Shown in pieces: positions 26,601-40,560 of a stretch of DNA of 64,000 nt. Source of the DNA: Lingula anatina (Eukaryota > Animalia > Brachiopoda); the NCBI GenBank assembly GCA_051362555.1, contig CM120649.1, forward strand, positions 7,874,001 through 7,938,000, in the 5' to 3' direction. The notes beneath the pieces were generated by a model. That model searched no databases and was not told the origin of the DNA. It worked only from the letters and a program-made list of their open reading frames with translations. The translations under genes were made by a program, and so were the position numbers. Each line of letters begins with the position of its first letter. Position 1 is the stretch's first letter.

Positions 26601-29600
26601 AACGTCAAAGTGTTACCACTTTCGCATTCAAATTAACTTTAAAACCCATCCAAATAATGGGTCTTTATTTACATCCTCAAATTAGAAACAATTTAAGTCA
26701 GTAAAAAGAACACAAGTGAACCTCCCAAGTCCCTTTACTGTAACTTCTAGCAATAATTCATACACAAGACTGATATACAAAAATAATCAACTGGCATCTA
26801 GTGGTCAAAATAGAAAAGATATTAAATAAACAATGTCCACCCAAACAATATTAATACAGCAGAACCTTAGTGAGAAAGATTATCACTGAAAAAAAAAAAA
26901 AAAAAAAAAAAAAGAGTATGAGCACTCTTATCTCTCTGCCTTTCTTTTCTTTGCAATTAAAAATCATAGATTTTCTAAAATATTTCCATCTGAGTGAGAG
27001 TGACATTTCTCTGTTATCTCAAACACTGCAGTTAATATTAAAGCCACACACTGAGGTAATAATTGCACACAGACTATTGGCCATGCAGCATAGCTTCTAC
27101 ACACAGAGAGTAGATATATTATACCACAGGAGCTCGGGGGGGGGGGGGGGGGGGGGGGGGAGACGACATGCAGCTCCCCAGTGCAAGACTAAGGGGGATT
27201 TCCCCGTGTCCACTAGCCATAGACTATGTTTGTAGCAGGGAAGGTCAGCTTCAACTTGGACACCACATGGACAACTGTGGACCTCATAGCCAAAAGCAAT
27301 TATCATCCTGTCCAGACAAGTCATTTCCAAGAGATTCCCATTCATGAGACAGACAGAGAGAGATTTATGAGTGGTAATTAATTCAAAAATAGACATAACA
27401 GGACAGGATAAAAAGAGTCTTATCATATAAAAAAAAAAATCCCCTTTTGTCATCTTAAACCCAACCCCATCAGTTACTTTGTTTTAATGCATAAAAATGT
27501 CTGCCCTTTTAAGGATCCCTCTCAATTCTATCCTTATAGAAATATTCAATTATCCTTGTGTCCATCTTTGCATGATTTTCTTTGATAAAAGACAAAAATA
27601 AACTGATGACTACTTAGTACCAGTATCTGTACTTGTACTATTGAGCTGTAACCTAGCAGACCAGCACCAATCACAGATTCCAATCAACTTTATTCCTCCA
27701 ATTTTACCTTTATTTTCCTTCCTTTGAGATATATAATATTACACTTTTTGTTCATGACCAAAATAGATTTTGCTTTTAAACTTTTTGCAGAATATGTCAA
27801 TCACCATATTCAGATATACTAGAAGCTAATAAAGCATTATATAGGGATATATTAACTTAACATCAAATGTGTTCAAATTAGTGAAAAACTTCACATATTA
27901 TACACTCCATTTTCCCCTTTCCCTAGAATACCAAAGCAGCTAGAGATATAATATATGTTATTTGTGAGTAAATACACCTCCAAAGACATTAACCATATGT
28001 TAACTATGTAGTCCTGTAACATAATGGGAGGGGCACAACCCACCCGTCTTGAAATATGCCAACATTATGCAAAACAGCTTTCCATGCTAATGTGCCAATT
28101 AGCATTTATATTAAAGCGCCTAGGTTACAAAGCTGGAAAGACTTTCACACAGCGGTCTCAGGGCGATTGTCGTCCCGCAGTTAAAAAGCAAAGCATACCT
28201 CGGCAGGCAGTTTTATTAAGTTCAATTTTCTATAGGTCAAGTGGGACCATGCAAAAATGAGAAGATCAATGTCCAGTGGTAGTTGTTTTATTGAATTAAT
28301 ACCAAAATACTATTATCCATCACGGCAAATACCACTTTAATTTAACAAAGGTCTGTTAACTACGGTCATGGGCTTCACAAAGGAACCCTAGTCAAAGTTT
28401 GGTCTTATCTTTGGCCTAACTAAGAAGAATCAGGAAATGTCAGTGAAAGTATTGTTTTACAGAAAAGTAAGAATGGTTTACATTTCAGACTGTTATATAC
28501 TGGTTTACATTTCAGACTGATATATACTTTATCCCTGCGCACAAAGTAGAAATCTCTCTGGAATCGTTGTACATAAACCAAAACTTTCCATCTCAAAGTT
28601 AAGACCAAACTTCAGCTGACATATTGTAAAACTGGTTCACAAACACCATGGTGCTCTTAGCTTTGAACTGCAAATAATCAGCATTACAGAAATTATAAAA
28701 TAAAATAAAATAAAATAAAATAAATCACACAGTCCCTCCCACCACAAGCTGTTAATAAACTGGTCATTTCAATCAAACTGTAAGAAACATAGAGAAACAA
28801 AAGGATGGTCAAGATCAACTCAGTGACCACTTCAAACCACTGGACATAGAACTTATCACTGAAGAACTGATATATTATAGACAGCCACACAATGTATATG
28901 ACCAACGTGAGATCTGTCCAGAGTGAATGGGGCATAACTAGGTCAAGGTCATGTCCTTGACCTTTGACCTGATCTCTGAAGGCTGCCAACATGGGTAGAT
29001 CTGTCCAGAGTGGGAGCATTATCCCTGACTCAATCTTTAAGAACCAAGTTATGAAATGATAGCGGGTGCTCAGGAGGATGTTCATAAAGATCCAAATTTT
29101 CCTTCATTTTGAGTTGCTTTATCTATTCATCAAGACGTTACGAGTAAAGGTATAGACAAGGTCCAGCTGTGATGGATTAAATTAGTGTCCGACAATAAGA
29201 AGTGCTATATGGTGTGTATGGTCGGAAATAACTACTTCTTTGTCTGTGACGTTACACAGCATTGAGATTGGTTGTTATCAAATGGAGTTACCCCTCCCCC
29301 CTTGCCTCAATCAATGGGTTATGAATTGTTTTGCATCCTTTTATTTTGGTAAAAATGATTTTGTTTTCCAGAACTCGAGAAGCACTGGTCACTTATCTGT
29401 TATGTCTCAGAACTCTCCATACACAAACTGCATGAACCTGGGTGTAAAGACATGCCAGCAGTAAACCGCAGACACAGTGACATTTAGAGTAACCTACCTG
29501 GGAAACTCCAGTGTCTTGGTATATAACAAAGAAAACATCTGCTACACAAGTACTAGCAAAACATAAATATTACTTCCATTTTTTTTTCTTTTTTTTTTGG

Positions 29601-32600
29601 GGGGGGGAGAGTTTTTTAAACCCAGACGTCTATTATTTCCAAAACTGGCAACAGATTCAAGGAAAATACTTCACAACATAAAAAAAAAGAGACTGAAAAG
29701 ATTAAATAGAAATTCTGGGGTTTGTTACTATAGTGGTGACTACTGAGACGAAACACTGTGTAATTTGTGTCAACTGTTTGAATTGTGAACCAGGAGCTTG
29801 GTCTATTTTTGTGTATAAATGTGACAAGTCACAGGTTTGAACCAGGGGCGAGCAGGAATTCTAAGTGTAAATGTGACAAGAAAGTCACAGGTATGAACCA
29901 GGGATGAGCAGGAATTTTAAGTGTAAATGTGACAAGACAGTCACAGGTTTGAACCAGGGGCGAGCAGGAATTCTAAGTGTAAATGGGACAAAGCTGAGAC
30001 ATTTTTCATCCATCATAATTACCACATTACTCAATGCCAGTAGGAGAATAATAGTTTTATCATCAGTGATTAAGAAAATTACACAGAGCATGATGTGCAT
30101 ACAGAAATGTATGCAGGGGCAATGACCGATACTGGGGGAGGGGGGGAGGACGGACGTCTGGTTTAATTCCGGCCGTTATTGAGTATGCTATCTGTGGCCA
30201 AGTTGGAGTTTACGATAAATCTAATTTCAAAGACGTCTTGGTCATTTCACTGTTAATTCACAAACGAAAGTGATTCCCACACCACACTGTAGCCTAGCAC
30301 TAAATATGACAGCAACACACTCTGGACTTTCATTTCTTCTCCTGCCAATATAAACCATTATGCTGATAACTTTCATTTTTGTAAACAGCCCCAGGATTCC
30401 AAGAGTTCATAGTCTGTGTAGGAGAAACTCATGATGATGGTGCTGTGTCTGATATTAAGACAGCAGAGGAATCCAAGCTATTGGTGGGAAGAGCAGGGGT
30501 GGAGAGAGAGGACATATCAAAATGCGTAACCCTTGCTCCTTCACTCTGGACAGATCGGAGACTTGCCTTGTCGTAGTGCATGTGTACCAGTTGGCAGCCA
30601 CACGAGATACAACGGCCCTGACACGCAGGGCAGTAATAGTACGATATGTGTGTGACGGGAAATATGGTGTTCTGAAATTGTAGTAAACATATTGAGACTG
30701 TTAAGATTCCCTGCACACAACACAGTAATTGCCCAGTACTTTGGGGACCGAGCAGGCTACAGGCAGTAATGGCGTCTGTTGTCTGGGAAGCCTGCAGATT
30801 AAGACTCCATTCACATGAAAAATCTATTTTCTAAAAATCTTTTCTATTCGCGATAACTTGTGATCACTCCGAACGCAGCCGAGAATTATTGGTAGTTACT
30901 GGCTTGCGCTGCCAGTAATTACGCCGCGGAGTATTCAGGGCACACACCGTGATCACAAGATACCACGAATAGAAAATAGATTTTTAGAAAATAGATTTTG
31001 CATGTGAACGGTCCCAAAAGGATCCAATCAAGTTGGACTTCATTATGCTGGGTGCACTCTATGTATAATGTAATGAAGTCAACATTAACAACTATCCTGG
31101 AAAGCAGTATTAAGTTAAATGGTCTAATTTGCTGCACACGCCTGGATCATCGTACATGACTTGATAGCTAGACATGCCTGGACTGCCAGACATTTCTACA
31201 ACACGCTGGTTTGTCATCATTCTGGTGTCTAAGATTAGGTTTCCATACCTAGATCAATCTAATAGGATCAATCCATCTCTGAGGGGTTTCTCACTAAGGG
31301 CGTATTCCCAGAGCTTTTAGATCGATCTATCTGCGCGGGGAGTCTCACTAGATTACTGTCAGATAATCCGGCTTAAATGTCCGTCCCACCTACTACGAGC
31401 TGTAAGGGGGTAATTAACTTTCGTGCCCGCTCGGCTGACCGCTATTTAGCATGAACCCTCAGGGAGTTAGGTCGATCTAAAGTAGATCGATCTAATCTCT
31501 GGGCATGGGGTCTAAAGTGCTTTCAGCTGAAGCAGCTTAATTGTCTGGCACGCCTACTGAAGCTGCTAAAAGATAATTCCCCACTGGCCTAGCAGTTTCA
31601 GTAGGCGTGACAGACATCTAAGCTGCTTAGGTTGATTGCAATTTAGCACGAATCCCCTCGGGGATAGATCAATCCACAATTTTACGACAGGGTATGGGAA
31701 TGGTCCCTCACTCCTCATAACATTTCTAAGCTCCCATAATCAACACCACTTGCTGTATTGTTAAATATCCAATCTGTAAAACTGATATTTATGTAGTATT
31801 ACTGTACTATCAAAAGATTATACTGGTCAGAAATAACTAGGACATCACTAAATCTCCAGTGAGTACCATTTTCATTGGAAAATAAATCCTGGAATATAGC
31901 CTGGGGCATAACCAAAGACAATAATTAAGTTAATTGGAGATTTACGGAAAGATGTAAAATATTAAATATGCCTGGGAGTGATACATGTACTGTCAGAATT
32001 CTGTGATTCAGCAAAAGTGAAGAAGAGATGCTGTGATTTCTGCTTGATATCAATATTCAACATTAAAGGTTCTTGGTATAAAAAAAAAAAAAACATTCAG
32101 ATAGTAAGACATAACGGACTTCCAAAACAACTACACCTTATATAATTAATAGTAATCTAATAGAGACAGCTACTTCCTGCTTCCTTCTACCTCACATTAT
32201 AAACACTCTCTTTGTGCACAGGTCATGCCAAATCAATACTGAATACCATATCAATATCCCTCCGATACGTCACTAAATAAAGTGGGATTTGTTTAATCAA
32301 ATGAAGAGCACAAAGGCAATGCCCACTTCGCAGTCTTGAAGGTCAGGGAAGCCGAGGCAGTTGCAGAGATGGAAAAACAGCCCGTTTCCTCAGGGAGAAG
32401 CGAACAGTTTCTCTTTGGTCAATCAATCACTGTCAAATTTAACTACTACTTTTTTATGGGTTCAAAATGATGATGGAGACTGCCAGAATTTTCAGGAATC
32501 TGAAATATTGAGACTCATCACAAATTAGCGACATTGCGAACTCTGAAATGTACCCCAGCGTCTGCAGACTGAATCAGCATGGCGAAGTGCCATATTTAAA

Positions 32601-35600
32601 AATTAAGGAGTTACTTTGGACCACAAATGATAAAAGAAGGGGGTGATACTAATTTACAGACTGTCAAACTGCAGATAAATCTGTGCTCTCTCATGGACAT
32701 CCTACAGTACAGACTACCATATTAATATAGTGATGGTGGTGGTGGAGGTGGGTGGGAGGGGGGGATGGTCGTAGTTCCAGGCAAGTTGTGACAGCCTACC
32801 TTAGCAGTATAACACAATCAGATGATGTCATCACATTTCCTTACTTTGGAAAGCTTCTCCCCTCCCCTACCCCCTCAGTACCTCAACTGGGTTGTATCCC
32901 TTATCATGCCCAGCAGTAGCAATGGCAGGACATCCAGAAAACCAAGATCCTATGAAATGGTGTGCTTTAAGTTAAGCTGTCCCTATTTTACTGGGAGGGT
33001 GACCTGACTGTCTCTATTTTTTGTATTTTGTAGTATGATCAATAATCTCATATGCCAATAACGTATTCAAAAATACCCCAAGCACCCCAAACAAGATAAT
33101 CTGTCACATCTTGTTCAATCAAAACAGAAACAGATTTTTATTAACTCTTGCCAACCTTCAGTTGCGCTATCAGCTTTCTCCATCTTTTCAGATATACTTT
33201 GACTGTGGAAGTCCAAGTCTCGCAATCTATTTCAGGAACATAATTTAGAAGACTGGTCATGTAAAGTTTAACAAGCCATCAATGTATAACAGTAATATGG
33301 ATAATGAACTCTAAGGGCTCATTCCCAATGTAACTATTGTTCTACGAAGGTCGATCCAACTCTGCAGGACTCTTGCTGTATTCTACTTAACACTAGGAGG
33401 CATGTTGATTGGTTAATCTCGTTGCATTCAGCAAGAGTGCCCACATAGTTGGATCGATCTATATAGATTAACAGTTGCATTGGGAATGAACCCTAAAACT
33501 TATGTGTACCACTGAAACAGGGACAACACTGCATGGAAAGGAGGGGGGAGAGACTTCCCACCTGTCAGATCAATCTATATTGGCACATTAGATGGGACAC
33601 AATAAAAGTTCAACCAAAAATCCCATCTTCTGCAATCAACCAAAATTTCCATCCTCTTCAAAATCACTTTTTTCTGTTTTGCAATTTTTTATCCTTTTAA
33701 CATCAGTCAGACTAAACCAGAGTTCTTCAGCGGCTAAAATCAGTCACAGGAAGTGAAGATCACTTTTTTTATTGATTTTTATATTTATCATCACCATGCT
33801 CTTGTTTAGTCAGAGGAAAACCTCATGACAACTGTCTCCTTGTGATCCTCCTCATTGGATGCTCTCTTTAGCAGTAGCAAGAATTCCTCTCCAATCCATT
33901 CAAACATTTCCCCTACAAAGCCATGTTCTCATCTGATTGGAGTATATTCCATTAACTTGAAATGACACTCATTTTTAAGGAACATTTCTGCCAATCCTGA
34001 CAGTTTGAAAAGGAGGTCTGTCTAAAGAAAGCTCAGTACAAGCATGACCTATAAAAACCAACTACAATTGGGCTCTTCATGATGATTCTGTAAAAAAAAA
34101 TAAAATAAAACATGGCACCTCAAAAAAACTGTCAAGTAATACTCAAACACACTCACACACCTCTTTTACTATGTCAGTATTACAGCCTCTAAGGCATACC
34201 CTCCAACATAAGATATTAATAACTTGCTCTTCACACCTCTGAAAGCATAATTTTTGGGTGTTTCTAACAAAAAAATTTTGAAAAACATTTATTGGTTTAA
34301 TGTGGTGTGAAGATGATGAGGAGTTACCGTAGAGCTGGAGGGCATGTTAGTGGAATTGAATTAGCTCCCAGACGCAAATAACATCAGGCAGAGGCCAGAA
34401 ATTTGAGAGAAGTCTTTAAAAGCTCAATGTGCCTTACTTTAAAAGATTACTTTACCTCAGTAGTGTTCATTTATTAGATGGAGAGTAAAATACCATTGCC
34501 AATGTAGGTATATGTTTTAGCTTAGGAAAGCAGCCGGTACTTCATTTCCATTCCCTAGAATTATCTATGTTGTCATATAAATATATAATTAACTGCAACT
34601 CACTGTTCAATTTATGCAGACCTTGCTGCCTTCTTAAACACAGAATCAGTTTTTTGCCAAAGATCTGTTTTACAGAATCGGGATAACTTTCCAGTTGTTG
34701 GAATAATTACCTTGCCATGCTTAATTTCATTTATCAGACCATGTCGTTCATTTCAAATCCCATAAACACCACTGGTCAACATAGATCGATCCAACTCTGC
34801 GGGGACTCTTGCTGACTGCAATCAGCTTAATTGAATGATACACTTCCTCTTGTTTCCAAAGTACTCAAATAATCACCAGCTTTTCTGTATTCTACTCAAA
34901 GCCATGAGGTGGTGTGTAATTCAGTTAAGCTGATTGCACTCAGCGAGAGTCCCCGCAGAGTTGAACTGATTTATATGTAGCCTGATGGTGTCTATGGGAA
35001 TGGGGCATAGTAGTCAGACACGTAAATAGTAAATGAGCTGATGGATTATAAACTTTTGGTGAAACATTAAATATACATCATGTACTAGGTATAATGCACT
35101 CAGAGATAGATTTCAATGGGAAGACTGACATCAGATACTTTCCACTATCTAAATGTTAAAAAAAAAAAAAAAAAAAAAGCCCAATGGATATAAATGGCAT
35201 ATCAGTGGCCGTAGTACGACATATAGACCTCCTTGTAGCTATTCTCTACGACATAACCAGTATTGATTTTGATGTCATTTTGTATCTTTCTCAGAAAAAC
35301 AGTTGAAGATGAAGCAAAATGAAGGAACAGTATTATTAGCTAGGTTGTATATGTCCCGGGGGGAAGAGGAGGGCAGTGCAACCGATGTTATACATCACAG
35401 TTGGATTCTAAAATGTCTTATATTCCTGCGATATGAGGGAGAAGAAACAAAGTTACACTTCCAATAACCACAGCTTTATCAAAATACATTGATAACATTT
35501 GACACAGTCACGGTTTCTATATATTTCAACGGAAATTTCACTTAAGACAAGGTCAAGAAAAAATTAGCAATACTTTCACCTACCAAACCATCATTTACAA

Positions 35601-37188
35601 ATATTGAAAAAATAATCCTCAGAACATTTTCCGTTAATGTTCTTCTTTCTGAGAGGTCAGCAACTCTCACAGTACAGTTAGCCACCCAGAGGAAATAAAC
35701 CGATGATTTATATTTCAATTCCAACAAAGCTCTAACAGTTTACTAAAATCCCCAAGGTTGAGTACTATACTGCCACAGTTATAGACATAACAAGCAGACT
35801 AGTTATGACAGAAGATAACAACTTTTCTTTTTCCCACAAACTGAGCGTTCATGTTTATGGAGCTTTTACCACTCTCCTTGAGAAACAAATGGACTGAAGC
35901 ATTACGACCAGTACAATTAAGGACTGCTCTTAGGGTGCTTTCCCAGAGATTTAGATCGATCTAAAGATTAAGTTTTAGATCGACCTAACTCCCTGGGGGT
36001 TCAGGCTAAATTGCAGTCAGCCGAGCGGACACCATAGTTAATTACCCCCTTACAGCTTTTAGTAGGCGGGACAGACGCTTAAGCCAGCCAAGCTGACAGT
36101 AATCTAGTGAGACTCCCCACAGGGATAGATCGATCTAAAAATCTATGGAAATAGGGTGTAAGTTAACAGTTTAAACCTACGGAGCTTTGTTAGTATCATA
36201 TTAACTTTCTTCTATTTTCATTTAAGTTTTATTTTATGGAATTTTCACCGCGGTGAAAATTATTTCTACCGCGGTGAAGATTATTTCTACCGCGGTGAAA
36301 ATAATTTTCACCACGGTGAAAATAATTTACACCGCGGTGGGAATTAATTTTCACCACGGTGGAAAATAATTTTCACCGCGGTGGTAATTCCTGGCCATCT
36401 CGGCCCGGGTGATGAATTGGTAATGAGAACCTTACATTTGCCAGATTCCGTCACGGTGCATGCTACTGTTACATACACACAAGGTTGGTGGATCTGTTCG
36501 TGGGGCCACTGCCGTTAACTTAAGTTTCCCATCTATATTTACCACCTATATATATATAATTAAAGTCCCGCTTGCAGTTTTATGCAAAGGGAATCCCATT
36601 GTTATTACTAAATACTTAACGTTATTTTTGGACAATGTATTTTTAAATATTTTTTGTGATGTGTTTCTTAGATCTTATCTTAATAGATGTAATCTCGGTT
36701 TCTTCGGAAAGGTTTCTTTCTACCAATATTCCCGATAATACGCAAGTTATTATAAAGGGAAAAGCCACGTACAACATTGAAGCATTTCGGTGATTTTTAA
36801 TCTATTCGAATACTGCCCGCTTCCTCCAGATTCCTGGGATGATTGGCACATAGACGGTTAAACCGCGTGCATGTGCATGTGCTTGTCTTTATCAACGTCC
36901 TTTCCAGACATCTGGTAAATGTTAGATTCGTATAACCTACATGTATGCATTACCCGGGCCGAGATGGCCAGGAATTACCACCGCGGTGAAAATTATTTTC
37001 CACCCCGGTGTAAATTGTTTTCCACCGCGGTGTAAATTATTTTTCACCACGGTGAAAATAATTTTCACCGCGGTGAAAATTCCATAACATAAAACTTAAA
37101 TGAAAATAAAAAAAAGTTAATCTGATACTAACAAAGCTCCGTATAAACCCCCTCCCCACATCCGTCTATCCATCCCCATCCCTAAACA

Positions 37189-37256
<68 letters not shown>

Positions 37257-40200
37257 AAGACATTTTACATCTAATTCAGGAAGGAAGACTCAAACGTACA
37301 AGCACTAAAATCCACCACAGCATGGGCTGCCATGTGTGCTACTGGTCTTGACCTAGTTTTCACCGCAGTCAACCCACACCCTCCATGTAAAGTGAGCACG
37401 AGACACAGATTAAGACATTCCTTGAACAAGGTCAAGCAAGCAGAGAGCTGCTGTCTTAATAATAGAAAATAGATCATGCAAGCAGGGTGTCAACTCTTAG
37501 GTAGAAAATGAGCATCGGACACCTGCTGTGTATTTTTCCCAGGCTAAGCTAGACCACCTTTCAAGCCATCATTTCATAATTACCACTTCTTTATTTTGAC
37601 TAGTTTTTACATTTTGATATGTTTTAGACTAACAAGTTTAAAGCATGTAAATAAAGAGGACAGTAGCTAGAGAGAGAGAACAGATCTCCACCAAAATTTT
37701 TTCTAGATGTGGTCTATAATTTGATCCAATGACTTATGCTGACCCAAATTCCTGAGAGCTGTTCTGGCCAACAGGCTGTTTATTCAAGATTTTCTGTTAA
37801 ATCTCTGCCAGCCAAAAGATTCTTTACCACTGCTTAATATTGGGCTGGCATACTATAAGGGCCTGATGATTGTGGTGGGACGCATGTGTGTGTGCACGCA
37901 CATGCTTAGGGGCAGAGCACACAATATCTTCCGTGTAAACACCTGTTCCATTCTGTACATATATATTAACCTAAATAGCTGGGAGTTTGCAAAGCATGAC
38001 AAGCTGCCAACTCAGGTATGAAAACCATTCCAGGAGGCGTTCACCTTTATCCTCCCTCAACCAGCTTCTACAGGGATCTTAACATGCCTGGTTACTATAG
38101 GGGTTGCTAACCTCCATCAACCCCCCCCCCCCCCCCCCCCCCCCACCTCAACCAACTTGTACAGAGATCTTTACATGCCTAGTCAAATTGAATCAAAACG
38201 AATCAAACTGAACTTGCCAGGTCTGCTGATATCCACAAGGTGTACCATAAAAAAAATTAAGGCAAACAATGTCTTGCACACACACCCCCCTCCACCAAAT
38301 CAGTGACCCTCTTTTCACCCTCCTGTTTCATTAATATCTCCTGTCTACACAAGTTATCCAGCCACCTTGAACTTCATCCTCCCCATTGTTCCCTTCCAAC
38401 AAGTGCACAAATATTGTGGTTATCAATCCGATGATCTCTACACACATTCAATGGCAACCGACCTCGACTGTCAATCATGTAGATCAACACCAAGATTATC
38501 ACTTTACTAGTACCATAGTACAACTTTTAATACAAGTGTTATCATGTAGTCCTTTGTGGTGAACTGCCCTTTTTTATGCCCCCTCTTAATTTCATCTTCT
38601 TTACAGCTTGTCACCTCGTAAAACTTAACCACTATTAAATTTAGCAGGTCAGGTGAGGCAGTGCCTAGGATTGCAAAGTCTGCCCACTTCCTGGTAAGAA
38701 ACAGATGACATCACACTCTTTGAATGGTTTTCACCCTAATCTAACTCATTTACACTTTTCATAGGCATCCTAATTTGAAAAATGACCCACTTTTTTGTCT
38801 CCACTTCTCAGGTCGTCTTCTCCATGTGTATAAAAGCAGTCAAGAAAACAACTTAACTTTGGTAAAATTAACATGTTTTGCTAAATCACCCCCGCCCCCC
38901 ACCAAAGAAGACAGATAATAAAAAGTGGCATGCATACCAGCACCCCTCTCTCACGTCCACCCTGCTTTATCAACTCACCTTCTTCGCCTTCTTAGATCTG
39001 AACGGTCCACACCACAGTGACATGTTGAAGAAGTAAACCAACTTATTCCAAGTAATTTAGACACAGAACATATCCTCAAAACTGAGCTCCAGTAAAAAGT
39101 GTCCTTTTCAGGACCAGTGAAATCACAGCAGTAATTAGAGGGAGCTATGGAGGCTGACAGCCTGGAGAGCCCGGCCTGGGTACAAAGTGCTCTAACCGAC
39201 AGTCTAATCCAAGGCAGACAAATATTTGCCCACTAGTCGTATGGCTATGCGGCACAGCTGATAAGTGCAAGTTAAAACCAGGTCACAATATTACAACGAC
39301 CGCTGTGCCGTGATAAGTGCCGTGCTTTGTGGTGTCGTCAATGCCGCGGGTAGATCACAGGTAGTGAAGTCTGTACAGTTAGCCTGTCTCTAGCACTGCC
39401 TGGAGAACGTGATGACCCAGTTATTGCTTCCTTATGCCACTACTACTGCTCAGGTGACTCAGGTGTCAGACAGGAAGCTGATGATGTCATCACTGTCAAC
39501 ACTCTAGATCTCTTTATGCTAAAGAGCTCATCAAGGGAAGACACAGCCACAGCTGGAACAACAGGTACACATACAGAGCCAACTGGCTACCTTGCTTGTC
39601 AAGAATGCTTTCAGAAATATGGCTTCCGTGGACAAAATGTTAATATTAATGAATTATGTTCATGCCTATTACAAAGAAGGGTCGTAGTCTGGCTCAGCTA
39701 AATAAAGTCTAATCATTTTCAAGACAAAAACTTAACACCTAGCACTTGATATAAAACTAACGTGGAGTACAATATTCAATAAAACATCTTTGGTCTGGTT
39801 TATTGAAACCCAGCAAATCCAAGTTCATTCATTTATCATGAGATTGGGGAATTGTAAACTACATTCATGGCAACAGCAGTCTTGAATGCTATCCAACCCA
39901 TTGTTCTGTGGACTCTGCCTCATATTCTAAGAGAACAAATGATGTTGATCTTTCCCTGCTTCATGTATCACGCAAACAAACAGCATTGTCTGGGGACCCG
40001 GTTGTTTCCCTGTTATGTTAATATGCTATCTGATGGCGCCAATAGTGTACTGTCAGCTGCTGACCTCTAGTGGCAAATATTCTGATAAAGCTGACCTACC
40101 TTCCTGCCATCTTTTGTACAAATGTGTAACTACAGACAGTTGAATTTGAAGACATCCAATTATGTATAATTTTTAATTTTTAACCAGGACAACTTTGTAT

Positions 40201-40526
40201 CCATCAAATTACAAATGCTAATACTATTCAGAAGCATTCAGAACTATTAAACAATTCGAATAAAGCAGTAGCAATATGTATGGTATATTAATGTGTTACA
40301 TAATCTTAAACACCTGTAGTAAGAATAGAAAATCTTTATCTGATTTAGAAAGTAAATCAGTCATATTGAAAATAGGTACTTATTATGGCAACTTATAAAA
40401 GTTGTGTGGTACTATGTTGGCTACTTAGGGCAAAATAGTGACCTTGTCTGATTATGCTTTTTTTTTTTTAAGTTGGTACACAATGAATATCAAATCTGCC
40501 CTTTCTTCTTTTGTTGGCTTCTTTTT

Positions 40527-40560
<34 letters not shown>

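Noticed and set aside
34328-34345. MPSSST followed by gtaact as a micro first exon
   Set aside because: Phase fits, but six codons and a mediocre donor are expected by chance.
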